Notes under the pieces: model-generated | Told to the model about the DNA's origin: nothing | Database searches by the model: none | The model's input: only the letters and a program-made list of their open reading frames with translations | Shown: one piece after another, positions 1 to 8,857 of the stretch | Layout of the letters: each line of letters starts with the position of its first letter | How positions within the stretch are numbered: position 1 is the first letter of the stretch | Assembly: GCA_043822305.1 (NCBI GenBank) | Contig: JBDRBU010000001.1 | Coordinates: forward strand, 1-30,810 | Direction: 5' to 3' | DNA length: 30,810 nt | Source: Candidatus Firestoneibacteriota bacterium | GTDB lineage: Bacteria > Oederibacteriota > D2-FULL-39-29 > JBDRBU01 | Program-made: the position numbers and the translations under genes

Positions 1-70
1 TTGTTATGAATATCTATGACAATACGATATGGAACGGCAACGATTATTAGAATTCATGAAATTTAAGCGT

Positions 71-141
71 TAAAAGAACAACCCCCTAACCCCCTTTATT
101 AAGGGGGAATTAAAAATTAGAGGGCTTTCACTGAATACTTA
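71..141 (+). repeat. C5/G5 palindromic element, copy 1 (71-bp long form, identical to 20868-20938)
   Basis: Core AACAACCCCCTAACCCCCTTTATTAAGGGGGAAT at 77-110 (hairpin CCCCCTT-TATT-AAGGGGG) plus tail TAAAAATTAGAGGGCTTTCACTGAATACTTA; 71/71 identity to 20868-20938 by direct reading. Confidence 0.95.
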
Positions 142-168
142 TCCATTTATAATAAAGAGGTGAGAAAA

Positions 169-1539
169 ATGAAAATATTATTGTTTTTATTGGTGTTGGC
201 TACCACAGTTATGGCCGGTCAATGGGTAATTAGTACTGTACCGGTAACATCATATAGTTGGGAGTATTCAATGGTTATAGATAGCGATGGTGTTCCGGTT
301 ATAGGTTATAGTTATAGTGGAGTTGGTTGCGTAAAATATATATCGGGTTATGGTTGGTTGTTAATGCAAGACATTGATTCTTCAGGGTCTGCTGATAGTT
401 ATAATAATAGTAGATGGTTGTCTGCTGGTAAAAATGGTTCGCTTCATGCTGCGTATGAACATTATAATGGTTCAAATGATTATGATTTAAAATATGCAAA
501 ATGGAATGGTAATGCTTGGTCAACTGAGTTAGTTCCATCTGCTTCTCATCTTCCATGGTTATATAATATTAGTATAGTTGTAGATACGAATGACAATCCA
601 CATATTATCTACTATGATGGTACTGACTCTAAATATAAATATGTTAAAAAAACGAGTACATCCTGGGGTAGCCCAGCGATAATACCTAATTACTATAGTT
701 ATAATTGTCTTGCTATTGATGGTAATAATACACTTCATACAGCATATCATAGTTGGGATTCATTATATCATCTTACCAAAGATGGTAATAATGAGGCAAG
801 TGCTTGGACTATTGAAGAGATTTCTACTCCTGCGGAAAGTTGGGGGGGTGCTTCTATTGCTGTAGGTCCCGCTGGTATGGTTGCTATAGCATATCGAACT
901 TCTTCTACCACTGAAGACTTAAAATGTGCCATAAAAAGTGGTGGTTCATGGCAGATTCATAATGTAGATGTTAGTGATGAAAAAGTAGGTAACTATATTT
1001 CTGTAGCGATTGACAATATAAGTAATGTTCATATTGCATATAACAATTATTCATTTGATGATTTAAAGTATGCTAAGTTCTCTGGAGGGACTTGGAATAT
1101 ACAAACAGTAGATAGTGTTGGTAAAGTTGGATATTATTGTTCTATCGCTACAAATAGTCAAAATAACCCCTGTATTGCTTATGAGGATGATACAAATAAT
1201 AAAATAAAATATGCATATTGGATGGGTGTTTCTCCTCCAACCCCTGATAATTCCCCGGCGAATGTGAAGATAAGAAATAACTCTTTTAAACCGGAAAAAG
1301 GTGAAAAGATGGAAGCTGAATGCGAACTATTTCAGCCAAATAGTTTAAAGATCAATATTTATAATTTAAAAAACGATCTAATAAAGACAGTTATAGACGA
1401 GTATAAAACAGAAGGTAAATATAATTTATTTTGGGAAGGGAAAAATTCTGCTGATGAGATTGTAGGAAGTGGTTTATATATTGTGATTATTGAAGTAGGT
1501 TCTACAAGAATAGTTAAAAAGGCGGTGGTTATAAAATGA
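169..1539 (+). CDS. Secreted beta-propeller repeat protein with C-terminal FlgD-Ig/T9SS-CTD-like sorting domain
   Basis: GAGGTG SD before ATG 169; signal peptide MKILLFLLVLATTVMA; ~46-aa repeats (SIAVD..xHIAY..DLKYA..W..VD); Pro-rich linker SPPTPDNSP; C-terminus 'INIYNLKNDLIKTV...FWEGKN...VGSGLYIV...KKAVVIK' is typical of FlgD-like CTDs. Confidence 0.75.
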   Translation: MKILLFLLVLATTVMAGQWVISTVPVTSYSWEYSMVIDSDGVPVIGYSYSGVGCVKYISGYGWLLMQDIDSSGSADSYNNSRWLSAGKNGSLHAAYEHYNGSNDYDLKYAKWNGNAWSTELVPSASHLPWLYNISIVVDTNDNPHIIYYDGTDSKYKYVKKTSTSWGSPAIIPNYYSYNCLAIDGNNTLHTAYHSWDSLYHLTKDGNNEASAWTIEEISTPAESWGGASIAVGPAGMVAIAYRTSSTTEDLKCAIKSGGSWQIHNVDVSDEKVGNYISVAIDNISNVHIAYNNYSFDDLKYAKFSGGTWNIQTVDSVGKVGYYCSIATNSQNNPCIAYEDDTNNKIKYAYWMGVSPPTPDNSPANVKIRNNSFKPEKGEKMEAECELFQPNSLKINIYNLKNDLIKTVIDEYKTEGKYNLFWEGKNSADEIVGSGLYIVIIEVGSTRIVKKAVVIK

Positions 1540-2516
1540 GAACAATTTTAAGAATAAACTTAATCATTAGTGCTGTTCTTTTTTTATCTAATGTTTGTTA
1601 TAGTGATGTCGGAACTACTACCGGATATTTGTTAGAAGCATCAACTGGTGCCAGAGCAGCCGGAAGAGGAGAATCATTTGTAGCTGCTTCTGATATTAAT
1701 AGTATTTATTATAATCCAGCAGGTTTGGGATTTTTAAGTTCTAGTGAAGTTAGTCTAATGTATACAAAAGGGGGAGTAGATACTAATTATGAGTATTTAG
1801 CAGGTGTTTTACCGATTAAAAATATTGGAGTTTTTGGACTAAGTGTTTTTGCTTTTCAAGGTGGCACAATAGATGTAGTAGATTCACTTGATAATTCTAC
1901 GACTAAAAATGCAGAGGTGGATTTTTTAATATCTTTAGCCTATTCTAAAGAAGTTTTGTTAAGAGGATTAAGTTTAGGGATAACAAATAAATATCTTTTT
2001 TCAACATTGGTTGATGAATATAGAGCAGGCACATATACATTTGATTTGGGAGCATTATATCGTCTTGATGAAATATCAATAGGTGTAAGTGTTTCAAATA
2101 TTATAGGAGGATTAAAATATTTCGAGACTTTAGATAAACTGCCATTACTAATTCGAGGAGGAGCTGAATATTTATTAAACATATCAGAAGATAATGAAAT
2201 ATGTATTTCCGGGGATATTTTAAGTAGTAGTAAATTAAAAGTGTTTGTTGGGGTAGAATATATATATCAAAAATTTCTATGTGGTAGGTTAGGATACAGA
2301 ATGGGAGATAATGGTTTAACATTAGGCCTAGGATATAAATTAAACTTATCAGATGATATGTCGGGAAGTTTTGATTATGCTTTTTTACCTGGTAATGATT
2401 TGTCGTTTTCCCACAGGGTCTCATTAAATATTTATTTTGGAGAAGTATTGCAACAATATGTATCTCCCAAGAAAAAAGACAAAGTTCCAGGTGTTCCTGG
2501 TAGAGTAATTCAATAA
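1536..2516 (+). CDS. PorV/PorQ-family (UPF0164/FadL-like) outer-membrane beta-barrel
   Basis: Signal peptide; N-terminal motif GARAAGRGESFVA..SIYYNPAGL; late motif RLGY..GLTLGLG..FDYAF..SHRVSL; ATGA overlap with the upstream gene. Confidence 0.8.
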   Translation: MRTILRINLIISAVLFLSNVCYSDVGTTTGYLLEASTGARAAGRGESFVAASDINSIYYNPAGLGFLSSSEVSLMYTKGGVDTNYEYLAGVLPIKNIGVFGLSVFAFQGGTIDVVDSLDNSTTKNAEVDFLISLAYSKEVLLRGLSLGITNKYLFSTLVDEYRAGTYTFDLGALYRLDEISIGVSVSNIIGGLKYFETLDKLPLLIRGGAEYLLNISEDNEICISGDILSSSKLKVFVGVEYIYQKFLCGRLGYRMGDNGLTLGLGYKLNLSDDMSGSFDYAFLPGNDLSFSHRVSLNIYFGEVLQQYVSPKKKDKVPGVPGRVIQ

Positions 2517-2530
2517 TTAAGGAGGTGTAG

Positions 2531-3175
2531 ATGAAAATGAAAAAAATATTTTTTTTAATGATTTTACTTTTTATAGTGGTTGGTCAAGTTCATTCCGAAA
2601 ATATTATTAATGCTCCTATAAAACCTGCGGGATATTCTGGTGAGTCTGAAGGTATGCAATTAGGATTGCTGGGTGTATCTGTTAGAGGGATATATAGCCA
2701 GCCTATTGGAGAAATAAGAAATGTGTTTAATCCTGGGCTGGGTGCAGAATTAGTGATTTCTTACAGGGATTTTCTTTTTAAGGATTTAGATATTCAACTT
2801 GTTGGAGATTATCAAAGTTATACTGGAAAAGTAGATAATAGTAATAAATTACAAAGTATTATAGTAAAACTACTTGGCCGGTATAATTTTTATATTAAAT
2901 ATACTCCTGGTTGTTTTTATTTTGATTTTGGCGGAGGTATGGCTAATCAAACTTTAAATTTGCCGTCTTCATCTGTGAATAATATTGATCCTGTGTATCA
3001 CCTTGGTGTTGGATACGAAGTAGAAATTATTAAAAGTTTGACAGCCCAAGCCGGAGTAAATTGTGTGTTTATACCCGAAAGGTATATTTCTAATGCAACA
3101 AGAGATGGTTCGTTTATAAATATTAGTCTTGGAATAAATTATAATTTCTTAAAAGGAAAAAACGGAGGTGAATAA
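2531..3175 (+). CDS. Small outer-membrane beta-barrel (OmpA/OmpW-like 8-strand type)
   Basis: AAGGAGGTG SD, signal peptide, alternating amphipathic strands (YFDFGGG, YHLGVGYEV, ISLGINYNF). Confidence 0.65.
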   Translation: MKMKKIFFLMILLFIVVGQVHSENIINAPIKPAGYSGESEGMQLGLLGVSVRGIYSQPIGEIRNVFNPGLGAELVISYRDFLFKDLDIQLVGDYQSYTGKVDNSNKLQSIIVKLLGRYNFYIKYTPGCFYFDFGGGMANQTLNLPSSSVNNIDPVYHLGVGYEVEIIKSLTAQAGVNCVFIPERYISNATRDGSFINISLGINYNFLKGKNGGE

Positions 3176-3178
3176 ATT

Positions 3179-3904
3179 ATGAAGATATTTTTATTTTTTA
3201 TTTTAATTTTGATATTTGCTTTAACTGGCTGTGGTAAAAATCCAATATTTTCTTTACTGCCGGAGGCAGTTACTGATGGTGGAGGACAATCAATTGATTT
3301 ACCATTTGAGGAGAATTTCGATACTTGTTTAAGTTTTGTAAATGGTACTAATGGGTGGTCAATTTCTACTTCTGGAAATCCAGAGTTAAGTATTGATACT
3401 ACAATCTACAAAGGAGTAAGATCTCTTAAAGTTTATTATCCTCAAGGGACAGGAACTATTTCTGTCAAGAAAAATTTTAGCCCTTGTTCGAAAGTAATTG
3501 CAGAGGAATACTTTTATTCAAATAAAAAATCGGCTATTGAGCCAGTTATTTTAGGTTTATATGTTAATAATAAATTAGCTGTTTCAGTGAAAAGAGGTGG
3601 TCTAAATGGTATGTTTATTGTGTCTTATTATAATACATCTACTGAAACTTTAGAACAATCTGGTGCTACTATTATGGTGTCTGCTACTTGGTATAAAATT
3701 AAATTAAAATTAGATACGACGACTACGCCTTTGTGGACATGGACATTATGGATAAATGATACACTGGAACTAACAGGAACTCTTAATGAAGATAAAACTT
3801 TATCAGGATTAGTAGATTATTTTGGCTTTGAATCAACTTACACTCTTAAAGACGATGATGATATCTTTTATATTGATGAGATAAAAGTTACAGAAGAAGA
3901 ATAA
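3179..3904 (+). CDS. Lipoprotein of unknown function, probable beta-sandwich (ConA/lectin-like) domain
   Basis: GGAGGTG SD; lipobox LTGC; 'FEENFD...WYKIKL...FYIDEIKV' pattern seen in ConA-like folds. Confidence 0.6.
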   Translation: MKIFLFFILILIFALTGCGKNPIFSLLPEAVTDGGGQSIDLPFEENFDTCLSFVNGTNGWSISTSGNPELSIDTTIYKGVRSLKVYYPQGTGTISVKKNFSPCSKVIAEEYFYSNKKSAIEPVILGLYVNNKLAVSVKRGGLNGMFIVSYYNTSTETLEQSGATIMVSATWYKIKLKLDTTTTPLWTWTLWINDTLELTGTLNEDKTLSGLVDYFGFESTYTLKDDDDIFYIDEIKVTEEE

Positions 3905-3916
3905 AAGGGGTCAGAG

Positions 3917-5299
3917 TCATTTTATTATTCTTGTAATTTTTATAATGTTGCTTAGGTTACCTTTCTTATCTAATGTTCCTGCGGCTATAATAATTTTGTC
4001 GCCCTTTTCAAACAATGAAGAACTTTTAATAAACATATCAACTTTTTTTAAGATGGACTCGGTTTTTTTGTATTTAGATGTTAAATATGGGAAAACTCCC
4101 CAGGAGATGGTTAGTTGTCTTTGAACTTTTTTATCAACCGTTAGAGCGATTATCATAGAATCTGGTCTATATCTGGATACCATTCTCGCCGTATTTCCTG
4201 ATAAAGTAGGTATGACGATTGTTTTAGCCTTGCAGGAAACAGAAATATTGCTTACACTTGAACTTATAATATCAAGAAGATTATCTTTAATGGGGACTAC
4301 TTTATTAAACGGGTAATTTCTTTCAACATTTTTTGCTACTTTTGCCATCATTTCAACAGATTTAACAGGATATTTTCCAACAGCGGTTTCACCAGACAAC
4401 ATAATTGCATCAGTTCCATCTAATATTGCATTGGCAATATCAGAAACTTCGGCACGAGTTGGGGATGGGGAGTATATCATTGATTCTAACATTTGAGTTG
4501 CTGTAATTACTGGTTTTCCTGAATTATTGCATTTTTTAATTATTTCTTTCTGTAAAATTGTAATTTTTTCTATGGGCATTTCAACTCCCAGATCTCCTCG
4601 GGCGACCATGAGACCATCAGCAGATTTAATTATTTCGTTAAGATTCTTTATGGCTGCTCGTCTTTCTATCTTTGCAATTAAGAAAGATTTTTTTCCTATG
4701 TTTTTAAGAAAATTTCTAACTTTTGTTAAATCTTTTGAATCTTTAATAAAAGAAAGCCCTATAAAATCAATATCAGCCTTCATAGCAAATTCAATATATT
4801 TAAAATCTTGTGAAGTAACAGAAGGAATAGGTAAATCAATATCCGGGAAGTTTAATCCGGCACCGTTTTTTATAGTTCCGCCTGAATGAACTTTACATAA
4901 AGCACTATCGGGGTTAGATTTTATAACTTTTAACTTTATTTTGCCATCACTAATAAATATAGTCGAATGTTTAATTAGATATTTTATTATAATTGGATAA
5001 GAAATATTATTTTTATTTATAGTTATTAAGTCACCCGTTTTTACTTCTAATTCTTGCTTAAAATTTTTAATTCTTAGTTTAGGACCTGGGATGTCGGCTA
5101 ATATCCCTATGGGTCTATCTATTTCTTTTTCAATCTTTCTAACTATGGATATGGTTTTTTTGTATTCAGAAAACTCTCCATGAGAGAAGTTTATTCTAAC
5201 TATATCTAAACCAGACATTATAAGTTTTTTTATTATCTTATAATTAGAAGTTGCTGGTCCTATTGTGCCTATTATTTTAACTCTGTTCCAGGGTATCAT
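3917..5299 (-). CDS. pyk: Pyruvate kinase
   Basis: KIIGTIGPAT, RINFSHG, IAKIE, DGLMVARGDLGVE, ATQMLESM, PTRAEVSD, DAIMLSGETA. ATG 5299 with AAGGT SD is preferred over TTG 5320. Confidence 0.97.
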   Translation of the reverse strand: MIPWNRVKIIGTIGPATSNYKIIKKLIMSGLDIVRINFSHGEFSEYKKTISIVRKIEKEIDRPIGILADIPGPKLRIKNFKQELEVKTGDLITINKNNISYPIIIKYLIKHSTIFISDGKIKLKVIKSNPDSALCKVHSGGTIKNGAGLNFPDIDLPIPSVTSQDFKYIEFAMKADIDFIGLSFIKDSKDLTKVRNFLKNIGKKSFLIAKIERRAAIKNLNEIIKSADGLMVARGDLGVEMPIEKITILQKEIIKKCNNSGKPVITATQMLESMIYSPSPTRAEVSDIANAILDGTDAIMLSGETAVGKYPVKSVEMMAKVAKNVERNYPFNKVVPIKDNLLDIISSSVSNISVSCKAKTIVIPTLSGNTARMVSRYRPDSMIIALTVDKKVQRQLTISWGVFPYLTSKYKKTESILKKVDMFIKSSSLFEKGDKIIIAAGTLDKKGNLSNIIKITRIIK

Positions 5300-5810
5300 A
5301 TTTTTTACCTTTACTATCAATCCAGACGATAGCCGGGAAATCTTTAATGACTAATTCACACATTGCTTCCGGTCCTAAATCTTTATACGCAATAATTTTG
5401 CATAATTTAACTTTTTTGGAAAGATAGGCGCCTGCCCCACCCATGGTCACAAAATATATACATTTATATTTTTTTATTGAATGTATTACTTCATTACTTC
5501 TATTGCCTTTTCCAATCATGCCCATAAGTCCATGTTTTAAAAGAGTTGGTGTAAACTTATCCAGACGACTGCTTGTGGTCGGTCCGCATGAGCCGATGAC
5601 CTCGCCGGGTTTAGCCGGTGTTGGTCCCATATAATAAATAGTTTGTCCTTTTAATCGGACGGGTAATTTTTCTTTTTTTAATATGGCCTCAACTAATCTT
5701 TTATGTGCCTGGTCTCTTCCGGTGATTATTTTACCCGATAAAAGGACGAGGTCACCAGATTTTAACTTTGTGATATCTTTTTTATTTAGTGGTAGACTTA
5801 TTTTTTTCAT
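5277..5810 (-). CDS. Fe-S fumarate/tartrate hydro-lyase, beta subunit
   Basis: GRDQAHKRL, GPTTSSRLD, MIGKG, GGAGAYL, DLGPEA motifs; start 5810 gives an ATGA overlap with the alpha subunit stop. Confidence 0.92.
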   Translation of the reverse strand: MKKISLPLNKKDITKLKSGDLVLLSGKIITGRDQAHKRLVEAILKKEKLPVRLKGQTIYYMGPTPAKPGEVIGSCGPTTSSRLDKFTPTLLKHGLMGMIGKGNRSNEVIHSIKKYKCIYFVTMGGAGAYLSKKVKLCKIIAYKDLGPEAMCELVIKDFPAIVWIDSKGKKYDTLEQS

Positions 5811-6643
5811 AAAGTAATTTCCGCACTCCTTAATGCATGACAACTAATATTTACGGCCAAAGGCATTCCAGCGATATGTGTTGGATAAGATAGAATATTT
5901 ACTCCAAGTAAAGTAGTCTTGCCACCAACACCAGATGGTCCGATATTAAGTTTATGGCCTAATTGAAATATTTTTTTTGCTATATTTTTTAAATGTACTT
6001 TATCTGACCAAAATCCTATTGGATAAAGTAATGCTTTTTTAGATAAATATACTGCTTTTGATAAATCTCCACCAATTCCTATTCCAACTACATATGGAGG
6101 ACAAGCATCAGGACCTGCAGATTTTATAGATGAAATAACCGAATGTATTATGTCTTCGTTTGTAGCCGTTGGGTTTAACATGAATATTTTTGACTTATTT
6201 TCAGAACCAAAACCCTTAAGGAGAACTTGTATTTTAAGTTTATTTCCCTTTACAAGATTATAGTGAATAACTGCGGGAGTGTTTGTCTTGGTGTTTTTTC
6301 TGATGATAGGGTCGGAAACAATTGATTTTCTTAAATAGCCATCTTTATATGAAAGTTTAATTCCTTTATTTATAGCATCTGTTAAATTACATTTTATTTG
6401 GGCATTATGGCCTATTTCTACAAAAACTACCACTAAACCAGTATCCTGGCAGATGGGTATATTTTCTTTTTCAGCGATTTTGTAATTTTCAATTAAAATT
6501 CCTAAGATATATTTTGCTTTTGAATTGCTTTCATTTAGATATGCTTTTTGTAGGGAATGTTGTACATCTTTTCGTAAATTAAAATTTGCTTTTAAACAAA
6601 GATTTTTAACAATATCACTTATTTGCTTTTCTGTGAAGGTCAT
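5807..6643 (-). CDS. Fe-S fumarate/tartrate hydro-lyase, alpha subunit
   Basis: PICQDTG, YLRKSIV, KGFGSEN, ACPP..GIGIGG, PTHIAG, SCHA; mdh/icd context favours fumarase. Confidence 0.92.
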   Translation of the reverse strand: MTFTEKQISDIVKNLCLKANFNLRKDVQHSLQKAYLNESNSKAKYILGILIENYKIAEKENIPICQDTGLVVVFVEIGHNAQIKCNLTDAINKGIKLSYKDGYLRKSIVSDPIIRKNTKTNTPAVIHYNLVKGNKLKIQVLLKGFGSENKSKIFMLNPTATNEDIIHSVISSIKSAGPDACPPYVVGIGIGGDLSKAVYLSKKALLYPIGFWSDKVHLKNIAKKIFQLGHKLNIGPSGVGGKTTLLGVNILSYPTHIAGMPLAVNISCHALRSAEITL

Positions 6644-7566
6644 AGTATACTTTTAAGTCCTTCTTTAATAATTCCTGCTGATTTTTTTAACGCTTCTAAT
6701 TCCTGATTCGTTAATTTTAGTTTAATAACTTCTTCAACTCCATCTTTACCCAATTTAACAGGAACTCCAATGAATACATCGGATAATCCATATTCTCCTT
6801 CTAAAAGAACACTGCAGGGTAGTATTCGTTTTTGGTCTTCTAATATACTTTCAATCATCGCCGTCACACAACTTCCTGGGGCAAAATAGGCACTTCCAAT
6901 TTTAAGTAAGGCTACAATCTCTGCACCACCATCACGGGTTTTTTGTGATAACTCAGATATTTTGTCTGGAGATAATAATTCCGTAATAGGAATACCATTA
7001 ACTGTCGTGTCTCTGGGAATTGGTACCATTGAATCTCCATGACTTCCCAGAACCATAGACGAGATATCTTTTATAGAGACATTTAACTCCTTTGATATAA
7101 AGTATGCAAATCTAGCCGAGTCTAATAATCCAGCCATTCCCATAACTTTATTTTTATTAAAACCAGTTATTTTATAGATTAAATATGCCAGGACATCAAG
7201 AGGATTTGTGACAACAATTATAATTGAGTTTGGTGAATAAGTTTTAATATTACAAGCAACATTTTTTACTATATTAGCATTAGTCTTAAACAAATCTTCC
7301 CTGCTCATTCCTGGCTTTCGAGCAATTCCTGCTGTGATGACTACAATATTACTATCTTTTATATCTTCATATTTATTACTACCAATTACTTTTGAATCAA
7401 ATTTTTCAACCCCGGCAGTTTGATTTATATCAAGTGCTTTTCCTTGAGGCAATCCTTCAATGATATCAAAAAGACAAACATCGGCTAATCCCTTTTGAAC
7501 GAGTAAAAAAGCAATAATTCCACCAACCTGTCCAGCGCCGATAATACTAACTTTATATTTATTCAT
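6640..7566 (-). CDS. mdh: Malate dehydrogenase (LDH-like)
   Basis: GAGQVG Rossmann motif; ITAGIARKPGMSREDL (MDH-specific Arg); LDSARF; GSHGD. Confidence 0.95.
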   Translation of the reverse strand: MNKYKVSIIGAGQVGGIIAFLLVQKGLADVCLFDIIEGLPQGKALDINQTAGVEKFDSKVIGSNKYEDIKDSNIVVITAGIARKPGMSREDLFKTNANIVKNVACNIKTYSPNSIIIVVTNPLDVLAYLIYKITGFNKNKVMGMAGLLDSARFAYFISKELNVSIKDISSMVLGSHGDSMVPIPRDTTVNGIPITELLSPDKISELSQKTRDGGAEIVALLKIGSAYFAPGSCVTAMIESILEDQKRILPCSVLLEGEYGLSDVFIGVPVKLGKDGVEEVIKLKLTNQELEALKKSAGIIKEGLKSIL

Positions 7567-7577
7567 AAACCTCCCAA

Positions 7578-8660
7578 TTAAATTTTTAATTGTCTTATTA
7601 TTGCTTCTCCCATTTCTTTTGTTCCAACAACAGTTTTATCATTTCTATTTTCTTTCATATCGTAAGTTACATATTTACCTTCTTTTATAACTTCTGTTAC
7701 GGCCAATTCAAGTTTATCTGCTTTTTCAGTTTCCCCAATATACCTTAACATTAAAACACCGGAAAGTATTAAAGCCGTTGGATTAACTTTATTTAATCCT
7801 TTATATTTTGGAGCACTGCCATGCACTGCTTCAAATACGGCCAGATCATCTCCAATATTTGCACCGGGAGCAATACCTAATCCGCCAACTAATCCAGCAC
7901 ATAAGTCAGATATTATATCTCCATATAGATTTGGCAGGACCAAAACATCATATAGGTCTGGCTTTTGCACTAACTGCATACACATATTATCAATGATCAC
8001 ATCGTTAAATTCTATGTTTGAATATTTTTTGGCAACATCTCTGGCCACTTCAAGAAATAAGCCATCAGTAAATTTCATTATGTTTGCTTTATGAACAGCA
8101 GTAACTTTTTTTCTTTTATTTTTTATTACATATTCAAAAGCATATTGAACTATTTTTCTGGTGGCTGAAATAGATATTGGTTTAATACTTATTCCAGAGT
8201 CTTCTTTGATTGTTTTACCTGTTAAATCATTTATCCCATTTATTAATATTTTTGTTTTTTCATCACCTTCCTCAAACTCAATTCCAGAATATAAATCTTC
8301 AGTATTTTCTCTAATTATAACTAAATCAATATTTTTATATTTAGAACGAACCCCTTCATATGTTTTGCATGGTCTAACACAGGCGAAGAGGTTTAATCTT
8401 TGTCTTAAGGCAACATTTACACTTCTAAAACCTGTGCCAACCGGAGTGGTCACGGGTGCTTTTAATGCAACTTTATTTTTTTTAATAGATTCAATAACTT
8501 TTTCCGGTAAAGGGGTTCCTTCTTTTTTCATAATATCTATGCCGGCATCTACTTCTTCCCAGATGACTTCAAATCCAGTTGCTTCTATACATTTTTTTAC
8601 TACTTCAGCAATTTCAGGACCAATTCCATCTCCTCTAATTAGTGTTATATTTTTTGCCAT
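7578..8660 (-). CDS. icd: Isocitrate dehydrogenase, probably NADP-dependent
   Basis: [52 protein letters not shown] (Lys-Tyr pair associated with NADP use). Confidence 0.88.
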   Translation of the reverse strand: MAKNITLIRGDGIGPEIAEVVKKCIEATGFEVIWEEVDAGIDIMKKEGTPLPEKVIESIKKNKVALKAPVTTPVGTGFRSVNVALRQRLNLFACVRPCKTYEGVRSKYKNIDLVIIRENTEDLYSGIEFEEGDEKTKILINGINDLTGKTIKEDSGISIKPISISATRKIVQYAFEYVIKNKRKKVTAVHKANIMKFTDGLFLEVARDVAKKYSNIEFNDVIIDNMCMQLVQKPDLYDVLVLPNLYGDIISDLCAGLVGGLGIAPGANIGDDLAVFEAVHGSAPKYKGLNKVNPTALILSGVLMLRYIGETEKADKLELAVTEVIKEGKYVTYDMKENRNDKTVVGTKEMGEAIIRQLKI

Positions 8661-8679
8661 TTTTTTCCCCTTATTTGAT

Positions 8680-8708
8680 ATGATACCATACTTTTTTTAT
8701 TATTGCAA
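8680..8708 (-). promoter_or_regulatory. Putative sigma70 promoter of the icd-mdh-fum-pyk operon
   Basis: Minus strand TTGCAA-17 bp-TATCAT with extended TG. Confidence 0.5.
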
Positions 8709-8718
8709 TTGATTTTTA

Positions 8719-8748
8719 TTGTAAAAGATACTTAAAATATGATAAAAT
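8719..8748 (+). promoter_or_regulatory. Putative sigma70 promoter of Re-citrate synthase
   Basis: TTGTAA-18 bp-TAAAAT with extended TG; AT-rich context lowers specificity. Confidence 0.4.
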
Positions 8749-8758
8749 AGAAATTATT

Positions 8759-8815
8759 GTAGTTGCAGGCTTTAGCCGGCGGGTATGTCGGGGTCAGGGA
8801 CGACCCCGACTCTAT
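8759..8815. repeat. REP-like doublet (RTAG-tagged hairpins in inverted orientation)
   Basis: GTAG-TT-GCAGGC-TTTA-GCCGGC (imperfect stem), then GTCGGGGTC-AGGGAC-GACCCCGAC-T-CTAT (9-bp perfect stem, ATAG tag on minus strand); GC-rich island in an AT-rich intergenic region. Confidence 0.65.
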
Positions 8816-8857
8816 TTGTCAGATTTGGACTACGTTAGAATAAATAAGGGGGAAATT

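Noticed and set aside
8161..8712. Long antisense ORFs (also 10424-10975, 4527-4889, 30040-30399, 27909-28214 and other short ones)
   Set aside because: Shadow frames of well-supported genes on the opposite strand, with no motifs of their own.
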